A stretch of 64,000 nt of DNA from assembly GCA_023229435.1 (NCBI GenBank), contig JALNZF010000001.1, positions 320,002-384,001 on the forward strand, in the 5' to 3' direction. The position numbers and the translations under genes are program-made. The notes under the pieces are model-generated. The model was not told where the DNA came from. It saw only the letters and a program-made list of their open reading frames with translations, and did not search any database. Positions 27,619 to 36,047 of the stretch are shown piece by piece. The number at the start of each line of letters is the position of its first letter. Position 1 is the first letter of the stretch. This stretch comes from Nitrospirota bacterium. Its GTDB lineage: Bacteria; Nitrospirota; UBA9217.

Positions 27619-28905
27619 ATGATCCGGATATCTTCGAGGCTGGTTTCAGGGTTACTGTTAGCAGTGGTGTTTCTTTGCAACAGCGCAAGCGCGGACGAAT
27701 TTCATTATACCAACCTTCTCATCGGCGACCGCGCGTCGGGCATGGGCGGGGCGTATACCGCTGTTTCCGACGACGCAACCGGTCTCTACTACAATCCCGC
27801 CGGCGCCGCGTACACAGCCGGCAGGAGCATTTCCGCCAGCGTGAACGCGTTCTATAACACCGAGAAAAAATACAAAAACGTGATCGGCGGCAATGGATGG
27901 GTCAGGACGTCCTCGTCACTGTTGCCGAACTATTTCGGCGTGGTCCAGCCGATGGGAAAGTTCAAGGTCGGCATTTCCTATGCCGTGCCGGAATCGATCA
28001 TGGAAGACCAGGACCAGACGTTCCATGACCTGCCGCTCAGTTCCGGGATTGCAGGCTATAACCCACCCGGCACGTATATATCATCGTACATCATCAATTT
28101 CAACAACGAAAGCACCAAGTACAACTTCGGGCCGTCAATTGCCGCCGAGCTTGCGGACAATTTTGCCGCTGGGTTCACCCTTTACTATTATCAACGGAAA
28201 ACACAATGGATCCTCAATCAGATCATTAAAACAAGCAACGGGGGATCTGAGTGGACCAATGATTATTTTCAGACGGAAGAATGGGGCCTGAGGCCGGTCC
28301 TGGGTTTTATGTATGCTCCGGTTGACAAATTCTCGATGGGTGTCGCGGTTTCCCAGGTCCTGATACAGGGGTCCGATACCACGTATCAACACTCCTATCG
28401 AAGAGAGAACATCGCTGTCGACAATATCCCGAGCAACAACAACGTCGTGAGCCTGCCGGACGGGCAGTCGAGCTTCGGTGAAAGAAGAAAATATCCTGCG
28501 CAGGTATCTCTCGGGTTGGCTTATTTCCCGACTCAAAGTTTGGTCCTCTCGACTGATCTGAACTATTTTACCAAGGTTGGTCAGGTGAATGCGGATGCGG
28601 TATTAAATCTGGCCGTGGGCGCGGAGTATTATTTCTCCAAATTCTGGGCAATGCGGGGAGGCTTTTTCACCGATTATGCGAACACGCCGAAGATTTCATC
28701 GACCGAAATGAACCAGAATGAGCATATCGACCTTTACGGAACGACGCTCTCGGTCAGCCACTTTACCCGGCATACATCCGTAACGTTCGGAGGAGGATAT
28801 AATTACGGAAGTGGAACGGCACAGATCATCAGCAACAGCACCAGGACGCAGGATGCCGATTCATTAGGCTGGATGTTGTTCCTCTCCTCGTCCTTTTCTT
28901 ATTAA
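27619..28905 (+). CDS. FadL/TodX-family outer-membrane transport protein (hydrophobic compound channel)
   Basis: Signal peptide. The N-terminal motif GDRASGMGGAYTAVSDDATGLYYNPAG is characteristic of FadL/OMPP1. C-terminal aromatic residue (..SFSY). GGGAGGA ribosome-binding site before ATG 27619, with an alternative start at 27601. Confidence 0.75.
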   Translation: MIRISSRLVSGLLLAVVFLCNSASADEFHYTNLLIGDRASGMGGAYTAVSDDATGLYYNPAGAAYTAGRSISASVNAFYNTEKKYKNVIGGNGWVRTSSSLLPNYFGVVQPMGKFKVGISYAVPESIMEDQDQTFHDLPLSSGIAGYNPPGTYISSYIINFNNESTKYNFGPSIAAELADNFAAGFTLYYYQRKTQWILNQIIKTSNGGSEWTNDYFQTEEWGLRPVLGFMYAPVDKFSMGVAVSQVLIQGSDTTYQHSYRRENIAVDNIPSNNNVVSLPDGQSSFGERRKYPAQVSLGLAYFPTQSLVLSTDLNYFTKVGQVNADAVLNLAVGAEYYFSKFWAMRGGFFTDYANTPKISSTEMNQNEHIDLYGTTLSVSHFTRHTSVTFGGGYNYGSGTAQIISNSTRTQDADSLGWMLFLSSSFSY

Positions 28906-28945
28906 GAGGACAATGGACAATAATAAAATTGATGTGAATAGTACC

Positions 28946-28974
28946 TTGACAAAGTTGGTTCGACCGGTTAAAAT
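28946..28974 (+). promoter_or_regulatory. Candidate sigma-70 promoter TTGACA-N17-TAAAAT upstream of the lipoprotein gene
   Basis: Consensus -35 hexamer with 17-nt spacing to an A/T-rich -10. The start codon lies 137 nt downstream, and a G8 tract lies in the leader. Confidence 0.4.
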
Positions 28975-29110
28975 TTTATCCTGTTGCATTGTACAAATAT
29001 AGTTCTGATAAAGTGAATAAACACACATGAAGAAAAAGGGGGGGGTGAGTAGACTAATCCAATGTTTGCACCATGCTTTATCAAATCTCAATAAATTCAA
29101 GGAGGACCCA

Positions 29111-30988
29111 ATGAAAAACATTAGTAAATATCTTTTAACAGCATTAGTATCGGTTGCGCTCGCCATGACCATGACAGCCTGCGGCGGCGGGGGTAGCAGC
29201 GATGGCGGAGGTGGAGGGGGTGGAGGGGCTATTACCACAAACGCACAAGGCAGCAGCGCCTCCGCTTCCGCGGCACAGTCGACGTCTCTCGCTTCCAATT
29301 CCGGCGTGTCTCTCAGCAATATAGCTGAGGGATCCCAGTCCGGGCCTGGGGCAAGCAGGTTCAAGACGCCCCTTGCCGTTAAAGACGCAAAGTTCAACAA
29401 GGTTCATGCAGCGCAGACCAGGGCAATGAAAGTGCAGAAGAAAAAACTGGCATCCGCCCTAAAGAAGGCGAAAGCCGCTGTTACAGCTAATAGAGCTACT
29501 GTTACGATTCCTGCCACGGATGACCCTTGCGAGGACAGCGGTAAGATGACCTTCAACGGCGACTACGATGATGTCAGCGGTGTTTTTAACCTGACCATGA
29601 CCTATTACCAGTGTCGTGAGCTTGATGAAGAACTGAATGGCGCGACCTCTGTTTCAGGCGTTTATTCAACTTCGGGCAATGACACGATCACTATGAAACT
29701 GGGAGATGCTGATGGCACTATCGAGAGCACTGACTTCATGGCGCGGCTTTTCACTACCGGCTATGGGGATGTGTATGCTACCTATATCGCTGACATGACC
29801 CTCACGGGAAGCGTAAGCTGCTCGAACGCAGCATGCGATACGTTTACTTCCACCTTAAGCGCAAGCGGTACAGAAAAGTATGACGATTACATCAATGTAT
29901 ATACCTTTACGTACAGCAGTTTCTCCTTTACAGGGTCGGATACCACGACAACAGCGGGTTATACCGCATCCTATACGATTAACGGCGGGATCAGCGAAGC
30001 CTGGACATCGGGCTCGACCGCCGAGGGGGCTTCCGTCACGTTCACGACCTTCGTGCTGACCTTTACGGACACCGCCACATATTATGAGGAGACAGCCGAC
30101 GGCACCGTGACATTGAGTTTCACACCGGCTGATTACTGCTTTGCCGGCACCTTCACCATAGATACGGTAACGCCGGTCCGCACGAGCTATGCGACCGGTT
30201 TGACTACGCAGGGCAATGTGGTGATAAACGGCAACGTGACGATCGTGTATAACCCGGACGGCACCATTACGGTGACGGTCACCGGCCAAACCTCGGATAC
30301 CTTTGCCAGTAATGATGCATTCGAGGTGGTCTGCGATCTTCAGGAACAGGAGGCGCAGGACAGCACTGTCACCACGGTGTCAACGGGAGGGACCACCACT
30401 ACAACAGGCACGACGCTGCTGGCCACGCTCACGTGGACAGGCACGGGATGTCCCACTACTACCGGCTGCACGAGCGACATGGACCTCCACCTTATGCATT
30501 ATGCAGACACAGCGCCTACATCAGCCAGCACGGTTGATTTCCATATATACTTTGCCGACCAGGATGGTACTGATTTATCGGTCAATCCGCTTCCTAATGA
30601 TGATGTGAACACGCCGGTAATCTGCACGAATAACGATTGCACGACTGGCGATGTCATCGGTGGATACGAGGGGAATCTCGACTACGACGACACGGAAGGG
30701 GATGGCCCTGAGCATCTGACTGTGTCATCACTGCCAGTTGGCTACTATCTTCTGTATGTGGACCCGTGGGGAATGGATTTCGACGCAACTGCTACGGTAA
30801 AAGTATCGCTTAAAATCGGTAGCAATGCGTATACGTTCCCGACCTATATGTTCAATGGCACCTCATCTGCGGACTACCGCGTGTGCGACGTCAAGGTTGC
30901 GGTAGACGGAGTGGTAACGATTTTGACGCCCAACACGGGCCTCACTTCGCTTGCGCCGGCTCTAAACGCGCAAAAGGTGCGGAGATAA
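29111..30988 (+). CDS. Large Thr/Ser-rich lipoprotein (626 aa), function unknown
   Basis: GGAGGA ribosome-binding site. Lipobox LAMTMTAC|GGGGSSDGGGGGGGG. Long low-complexity linker followed by a T/S-rich beta-rich body, with Cys pairs in the C-terminal region. Confidence 0.7.
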   Translation: MKNISKYLLTALVSVALAMTMTACGGGGSSDGGGGGGGGAITTNAQGSSASASAAQSTSLASNSGVSLSNIAEGSQSGPGASRFKTPLAVKDAKFNKVHAAQTRAMKVQKKKLASALKKAKAAVTANRATVTIPATDDPCEDSGKMTFNGDYDDVSGVFNLTMTYYQCRELDEELNGATSVSGVYSTSGNDTITMKLGDADGTIESTDFMARLFTTGYGDVYATYIADMTLTGSVSCSNAACDTFTSTLSASGTEKYDDYINVYTFTYSSFSFTGSDTTTTAGYTASYTINGGISEAWTSGSTAEGASVTFTTFVLTFTDTATYYEETADGTVTLSFTPADYCFAGTFTIDTVTPVRTSYATGLTTQGNVVINGNVTIVYNPDGTITVTVTGQTSDTFASNDAFEVVCDLQEQEAQDSTVTTVSTGGTTTTTGTTLLATLTWTGTGCPTTTGCTSDMDLHLMHYADTAPTSASTVDFHIYFADQDGTDLSVNPLPNDDVNTPVICTNNDCTTGDVIGGYEGNLDYDDTEGDGPEHLTVSSLPVGYYLLYVDPWGMDFDATATVKVSLKIGSNAYTFPTYMFNGTSSADYRVCDVKVAVDGVVTILTPNTGLTSLAPALNAQKVRR

Positions 30989-31008
30989 GCAATTCAGTAT
31001 ATTCATCC

Positions 31009-31041
31009 AACAGGGGCATCTTCGGATGCCCCTGTTTTTTT
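31009..31041 (+). terminator. Rho-independent terminator after the lipoprotein gene
   Basis: AACAGGGGCATC-ttcg-GATGCCCCTGTTTTTTT: 10-12 bp GC stem, tetraloop, T7 tract. Confidence 0.8.
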
Positions 31042-31065
31042 ATAAAGATTTAAGTGAATGATTGT

Positions 31066-31737
31066 ATGAGAAAATACATAGGATGCGTTTTCGCGTTTAT
31101 TGTATTCTGGTCGCAAGCAACACAGCCTGCATCCGCGGCTGAGCCTTCATACACGATCCTCTATTTTTATTCCTCAACCTGTCCCCACTGTAAAAATGTC
31201 GCGCCTGTCATGAAAGACTTGAGCAAAGAATACAAGATCCAGGGTCTGCTGTACGGAAAGGATGCTGGAGAACAGATGCCTTATGAGGTCAAAAAGGGCG
31301 ACAAAGCCACATCGTCAAAATACGGGGTTAAGGGTGTGCCGTCGCTCGTTATGCTGAAGGATGATAAATTCAGGCTAAAGATCGCCGGAGAACATAATAT
31401 AAAGGATGCACCGTTGATCTTGAAGGCCTTCCGCAAAGGCGCTTTGACCGTGTCCGAAGCAATTGAAAAAGGACCGCGGAAGACGTATACTGTGATCGGA
31501 TGGATCGGGAGCAGGGGAGAATATTTCAAAAACGCCCGGTTTGTATTGACCGACCGGAAGCGGACCATTTCAGTCAAACCATGGCTGCCGCTTGAAGCGG
31601 TCAAATCTCCGTTCAAAAAAGCGCGGCCAAGGCTTATGTCCGATGTTATAGACAAACCGGTATTAATTGAGGGTCTGTTAACAAAAATAAACGACGATTT
31701 ACAATTTACGGTCAGGAAGGAAATTATCCTTGAATAA
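31066..31737 (+). CDS. Thioredoxin-fold protein with a CPHC active site (secreted thiol-disulfide oxidoreductase-like)
   Basis: Signal peptide. [17 protein letters not shown] is a thioredoxin CxxC motif, and the cis-Pro region [11 protein letters not shown] is present. The ORF track begins at GTG 31054. Confidence 0.7.
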   Translation: MRKYIGCVFAFIVFWSQATQPASAAEPSYTILYFYSSTCPHCKNVAPVMKDLSKEYKIQGLLYGKDAGEQMPYEVKKGDKATSSKYGVKGVPSLVMLKDDKFRLKIAGEHNIKDAPLILKAFRKGALTVSEAIEKGPRKTYTVIGWIGSRGEYFKNARFVLTDRKRTISVKPWLPLEAVKSPFKKARPRLMSDVIDKPVLIEGLLTKINDDLQFTVRKEIILE

Positions 31738-33745
31738 AGTACTTGCCGGTATTGCCGCAATTCTTCTTTTCCATTCAGTCGCCATCGCAGCACCGCATAT
31801 CTTTAAGAACAAACCTGAGCCGATCGAAAGGGTGGGGACCCCGCTGCAAGAGCGCATGGTCATGAGATCAGGGCGTCTCATGCGCGCGCCCGGAAGCTAT
31901 CCCGCCTCGGTGGACATTCTATTTTTGAAGGTGGAATTTCAGGAAGATCCGGCCCCATCGTCATCACGCACCACGGGAACCGGACTATGGAGCGATCCGC
32001 TGTACGCGTATGGCGGTGACTCCGACTACTGGATCAACAAGGCAAAAACGAACTTTATCAACTACTGGAACGAAGTCTCGTATAACAAACTTATCGTCAG
32101 CGTGGTAACATCCACAAACGTTTATAAACTTCCCCATACGATGTCGTACTATGGCAATGAATCAAACGCCGCACTTGAGAGCCTCATTAACGACAGCGTT
32201 ACCGCTGCGAACACCGATACCGATCCTGCGACAAAAATCGATTTCACGCTTTATGACGCCATCCTTATTGTTCATGCAGGCACCGGTGAGGAATCAGACA
32301 CCGCAGGTGATACGTCCAACGACATCTGGTCGCTCTACTATTCAAACAACTGCATCTCGCCCAACGCCTCGGGCGTCGGGTGTCTCACCACCACGCTTAA
32401 GAACGGCCAGACAATAAAAGAAGCCATCATCATGCCCCAGACAGACTCCCAGGACAATATCATCGTCGATCCGCTTGGAGTGTATGTGCATGAGTTCGGC
32501 CACTGGCTCGGCCTGCCGGATCTGTATTGCACCGGCCTTGTCTGCCTCCCGGATGGCGTGGGTAAATGGAGCCTGATGGGCGACGGCATCTATACTGCTG
32601 ACCCGGCCACTCCCGATATTTACGGATCTTCTCCCGTGCATCTTGATGCCTGGAGCAAAGTATTTCTCGGCTGGGTCACTCCTGAAACGACTGTTCCGCC
32701 CACGGACATTGGAAACCACGTTTTTGCTCCTGTGGAGACTAACCAGGACATCGTAAAGATACAGGCCTCATCCTCTGCACCCACGCAGTATTTCCTGCTC
32801 GAGAACCGTCAACTGACCGGGTATGACAAAGGTCTGCCGGGCCACGGGCTGCTGATCTGGCTGATCGACGACTATGTGATCAATCTCAACTTCCCCTCCA
32901 ATACCATTAATAACAACTCGTTCAGGCCCGGTGTCAAATTGATCGAGGCGGACAATGATTGGAATTTGCAATCGTATGGATGTACTTTGCCCGACGACTG
33001 CGGAAGCGCAGGGGACACGTTCCCGGGCTCCACGAACAACACAGCGTTCACGCTCCACTCCACTCCGCCGTCAACTGCGTATAGTCCGGCCGCATGGGTG
33101 AATGTGAGGAACATTCTTGAGACCGGACCCACGCCGACGAACACGATAACAGCCGACATCGGTTTCGTGCCGCTCCCTCCGGGGACGCCCGGAATGTTTG
33201 GGGACACCATATCATGGCCCTCGACAACAGACCAGAGCGTCATCGGCTATAACGTATACCGGAATGCCGTCCAGATCGGCCAGTCTTCGAGTCTGTCTTT
33301 CCGCGATCCTGATGCTCGCACGGGAGACGGGTATCAAGTCACCGCTATTGACGCAGACGGAGACGAGTCTGATTTTTCCGGTATGGTCATAGCCAATATT
33401 GCGGTGGTGGACAGCGGAGGAGGGGGCGGAGGTTCCGGTTGCTTCATTGCGACGGCGGCGTACGGATCGTCATGGGAGCCGCACGTCATGGCGCTTCGGG
33501 ACTTCCGGGACCGCCATCTCATGACGAACGCGGCCGGCAGGGCGTTCGTCGGGTTCTATTACCACTATTCGCCTCCCCTGGCGGAGTTTATCGGCCGCCA
33601 TGACAGTCTCAGGATACTGGCGCGGTCGGCGCTTACTCCGGTCGTATATGCGGTGAAGTATCCGTTCGTGTTTATTCTGTTCTGTTCGACTTTCACGATG
33701 ACGACGATCGCGCTGTATGGACGCGTACGGAGAAGCCGTTATTGA
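31730..33745 (+). CDS. M6-family (immune inhibitor A-like) secreted metalloprotease with a C-terminal [10 protein letters not shown]-type sorting-like domain
   Basis: TTG start with an AGGAAGG ribosome-binding site, overlapping the thioredoxin gene end. Signal peptide. Zinc motif [13 protein letters not shown]. The C-terminus has a Gly-rich linker [18 protein letters not shown]...LRDFRDRHL..., then a hydrophobic helix, then RRSRY. Confidence 0.85.
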   Translation: MNKVLAGIAAILLFHSVAIAAPHIFKNKPEPIERVGTPLQERMVMRSGRLMRAPGSYPASVDILFLKVEFQEDPAPSSSRTTGTGLWSDPLYAYGGDSDYWINKAKTNFINYWNEVSYNKLIVSVVTSTNVYKLPHTMSYYGNESNAALESLINDSVTAANTDTDPATKIDFTLYDAILIVHAGTGEESDTAGDTSNDIWSLYYSNNCISPNASGVGCLTTTLKNGQTIKEAIIMPQTDSQDNIIVDPLGVYVHEFGHWLGLPDLYCTGLVCLPDGVGKWSLMGDGIYTADPATPDIYGSSPVHLDAWSKVFLGWVTPETTVPPTDIGNHVFAPVETNQDIVKIQASSSAPTQYFLLENRQLTGYDKGLPGHGLLIWLIDDYVINLNFPSNTINNNSFRPGVKLIEADNDWNLQSYGCTLPDDCGSAGDTFPGSTNNTAFTLHSTPPSTAYSPAAWVNVRNILETGPTPTNTITADIGFVPLPPGTPGMFGDTISWPSTTDQSVIGYNVYRNAVQIGQSSSLSFRDPDARTGDGYQVTAIDADGDESDFSGMVIANIAVVDSGGGGGGSGCFIATAAYGSSWEPHVMALRDFRDRHLMTNAAGRAFVGFYYHYSPPLAEFIGRHDSLRILARSALTPVVYAVKYPFVFILFCSTFTMTTIALYGRVRRSRY

Positions 33746-33819
33746 CAGTGAAAATTCAATGTGATACAGTATTAACATAAGGATGCAGGCAGTCTCACCA
33801 GGTCAAAAGCGGAGATGTT

Positions 33820-34371
33820 ATGGGAACAATCACTGAAAAAAGAAAATATACTTATGAAGATTATTTAAAGACTCCCGATGATAAACGGTATGAGCTTATT
33901 GAAGGAGATTTGCTGATGACGCCGTCGCCGAATGCAAAACATCAAGAAATTTTAATGAACTTGTCCGCGAAAATCCATCAACATGTCATGGGGAAAAATC
34001 TCGGGAAAGTATTCATCGCGCCGCTTGATGTTCATCTTGGTGATAATGTCGTGCAGCCGGATATCCTGTTTATCTCGAGAGAGCGGATGAATATCATCGG
34101 CGAAAAAAACGTTCAGGACGCGCCTGACCTGGTTGTTGAAATTCTTTCGGAAAGCACCGCCTATCGTGACACTATTCATAAAAAGAAACTGTATGCGCGG
34201 TTCGGCGTGAAAGAGTGTTGGCTCGTCGCCCCTGAAGACAGGCTGGTCGAGGTCTATACGCTTAAGGACAAAGGCGGGTATCAGCTCCTGAAAACCTATT
34301 CTGATAAGGACGTTATTGAATCGCAAGTCGTTAAAGGCCTCAAAATCGAGTTAAGCAAGGTCTTTGCTTAA
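33820..34371 (+). CDS. Uma2-family (DUF820) restriction-endonuclease-fold protein
   Basis: YTYEDYLKTPDDKRYELIEGDLLMTPSPNAKHQ ... PDLVVEI matches the Uma2/PD-(D/E)xK pattern. Confidence 0.85.
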   Translation: MGTITEKRKYTYEDYLKTPDDKRYELIEGDLLMTPSPNAKHQEILMNLSAKIHQHVMGKNLGKVFIAPLDVHLGDNVVQPDILFISRERMNIIGEKNVQDAPDLVVEILSESTAYRDTIHKKKLYARFGVKECWLVAPEDRLVEVYTLKDKGGYQLLKTYSDKDVIESQVVKGLKIELSKVFA

Positions 34372-34390
34372 CACGCCGCGCCCTTTTCGG

Positions 34391-35164
34391 TCACTTCCCC
34401 TTGCTTTCCTGCCAAAGTGCTTCCATCTCATCCAGCGTCATATCATTCAGCGACCGCCCTGCGTTCGCCGCGTGTTCTTCGATATAACGGAAGCGGTGGA
34501 TGAACTTGCTGATGGTCTTGCGGAGCGCCTCTTCCGGGTTGACGCCGAGGAAGCGCGAAATGTTCACGAGCATGAAGAATATGTCTCCGAGCTCCTCTTC
34601 GATGCCCGCGGCGTCCTTGTTTTTCAGCGATTCCTTGAACTCGGCCATCTCCTCATCGAGCTTGGGCAGGGCTTCGTCGATCTTGCTCCAGTCGAAGCCC
34701 ACGCGCGCGGCGCGCTCCTGAAGGCTGTGGGCGCGAAGAAGCGAGGGGAGGTGGCGGGGCACGCCTTCGAGAACCGATTTCCGATCTTCATACCCTTTTT
34801 CCTTTTTCTTGATCTCCTCCCAGTTCGCTAAAACTTCCTTGTCCGTGGCCAGCCGGGCGTCTCCGAACACGTGGGGATGGCGGCGGGTCATCTTTTCGAT
34901 CGTGCCCGAAATAACGTCCTGGATGGTGAATTGGTTGTTTTCCTCCGCGATGCGGGCGTGAAAGATGATCTGGAACAGGAGATCGCCGAGCTCTTCCTTC
35001 ACCTTGTCGGGCGACCCCTCGTCGAGGGCGTCCACGACCTCATAGCATTCTTCGATCAGGAATGGTTTAAGCGATCCGGCGGTCTGCTTATGGTCCCAGG
35101 GGCAGCCGTCCGGTCCCCGGAGTTTCGCCATGAGTTCCACGAGGTCGTTGAGGTTATTCTTCAT
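34391..35164 (-). CDS. mazG: Nucleoside triphosphate pyrophosphohydrolase MazG
   Basis: LRGPDGCPWDHKQTAGSLKPFLIEECYEVVDAL and a second EExGDxxF repeat, as in MazG tandem domains. Confidence 0.9.
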   Translation of the reverse strand: MKNNLNDLVELMAKLRGPDGCPWDHKQTAGSLKPFLIEECYEVVDALDEGSPDKVKEELGDLLFQIIFHARIAEENNQFTIQDVISGTIEKMTRRHPHVFGDARLATDKEVLANWEEIKKKEKGYEDRKSVLEGVPRHLPSLLRAHSLQERAARVGFDWSKIDEALPKLDEEMAEFKESLKNKDAAGIEEELGDIFFMLVNISRFLGVNPEEALRKTISKFIHRFRYIEEHAANAGRSLNDMTLDEMEALWQESKGK

Positions 35165-35236
35165 TAAAATACTCCGTTATCGGACAGGATTGTTATTGAT
35201 GTCAATACGTGTGTCGCAACAGGGTTGATTTTTTGT

Positions 35237-35266
35237 ATCTACTCAGGTCAAATCAGGTCAAAATCT
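35237..35266. repeat. Outer 30-bp inverted repeat, left copy (ATCTACTCAGGTCAAATCAGGTCAAAATCT), in the mazG promoter region
   Basis: Perfect reverse complement of 36001-36030. Contains a tandem AGGTCAAA (TTTGACCTGA) direct repeat with 10-bp periodicity. Lies 72 bp upstream of the mazG start on the opposite strand. Confidence 0.85.
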
Positions 35267-35379
35267 ATTAGCCGCGAAAGAACCCCCGATAAGACATTTC
35301 GATGGCAGGCTCCAGGATCGCAGAGAGAATTAAAACTGAAATACATGGTTTCAGGTTTTTTCTTTGAGTTCTTTGCGTT

Positions 35380-35405
35380 CTTTTGCGGCCAATCTGAGTA
35401 GTTAC
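35380..35405. repeat. Inner inverted repeat, left copy (CTTTTGCGGCCAATCTGAGTAGTTAC)
   Basis: Matches the reverse complement of 35957-35982 with one mismatch (25/26). Confidence 0.8.
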
Positions 35406-35530
35406 GATTTTTTTACCTTACACAAACCACTCTTTGTTTGCAAGCTTTTTTCTTGAAGCAAAGCGCTATCTATGGTACTCTTACTCATATGCACCACCAA
35501 GCATTATTGACGTCGGAAAGGAGACTGATC

Positions 35531-35944
35531 ATGCTTCAGAAATCTTTGTACGCGGTTGTCGTGGTTGCCGCCTTCACCCTGCTTACGGCCATGGGCGGCA
35601 CCGGCGGGTTCGAACGGTCCCCCCGGGTTGAGAAGAACTATGCCGTCGTCGTTACCGACGCCGCGGGAAACAGGATCGAGGGTGAAAAGTTCAGCTGGGA
35701 AGGACGTATCCATTTCGCGGGATACCTGGGCATGGCGCAGGTGACGATGCCCTTCGAGAAGATCAAGGAGCTGATCGTGGGGGAGAAACGTGACCGGAAG
35801 GTGAAGGTTACGGCGCGACTCACGGACGGGACCGAGACGGGCTTTGAGGTTGACGCGAAATCGCGCTGCTACGGTGATGCAAGTTTCGGCAGCTTCATGC
35901 TGCAGATGGACGAGATCAAGTCGGTTGTCTTTAAAAAGAATTAA
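35531..35944 (+). CDS. Small secreted/membrane-anchored hypothetical protein (137 aa) enclosed by nested inverted repeats
   Basis: AAGGAG ribosome-binding site 7 nt before ATG 35531. N-terminal hydrophobic segment LYAVVVVAAFTLLTAMGG. No recognisable family. The ORF track begins at 35438. Confidence 0.55.
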   Translation: MLQKSLYAVVVVAAFTLLTAMGGTGGFERSPRVEKNYAVVVTDAAGNRIEGEKFSWEGRIHFAGYLGMAQVTMPFEKIKELIVGEKRDRKVKVTARLTDGTETGFEVDAKSRCYGDASFGSFMLQMDEIKSVVFKKN

Positions 35945-35956
35945 GGCAACTCCTGA

Positions 35957-35982
35957 GTAACTACTCAGATTTGCCGCAAAAG
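35957..35982. repeat. Inner inverted repeat, right copy (GTAACTACTCAGATTTGCCGCAAAAG)
   Basis: Partner of 35380-35405. Begins 13 nt after the stop codon. CTGAGTAACTACTCAG is itself a 7-bp palindrome. Confidence 0.8.
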
Positions 35983-35998
35983 CAAGCTTTTGCGGCAA
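35971..35998 (+). terminator. Terminator-like hairpin TTGCCGCAAAAG-caag-CTTTTGCGGCAA
   Basis: Perfect 12-bp stem with a 4-nt loop directly downstream of the small gene. There is no long T-tract, so intrinsic termination is uncertain. Confidence 0.45.
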
Positions 35999-36000
35999 AC

Positions 36001-36030
36001 AGATTTTGACCTGATTTGACCTGAGTAGAT
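36001..36030. repeat. Outer 30-bp inverted repeat, right copy (AGATTTTGACCTGATTTGACCTGAGTAGAT), 17 bp upstream of the glnD start
   Basis: Exact reverse complement of 35237-35266. Reads identically with respect to glnD (+) and mazG (-). Confidence 0.85.
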
Positions 36031-36047
36031 ACACTTCTTTTCCCCCC

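Noticed and set aside
33796-33808. Single CAGGTCAAA motif 12 nt upstream of the Uma2 gene as part of the TTTGACCTGA regulon
   Set aside because: It is only a single half-site in the opposite orientation relative to the gene. It is mentioned under the inverted-repeat finding but is too weak to call a site on its own.
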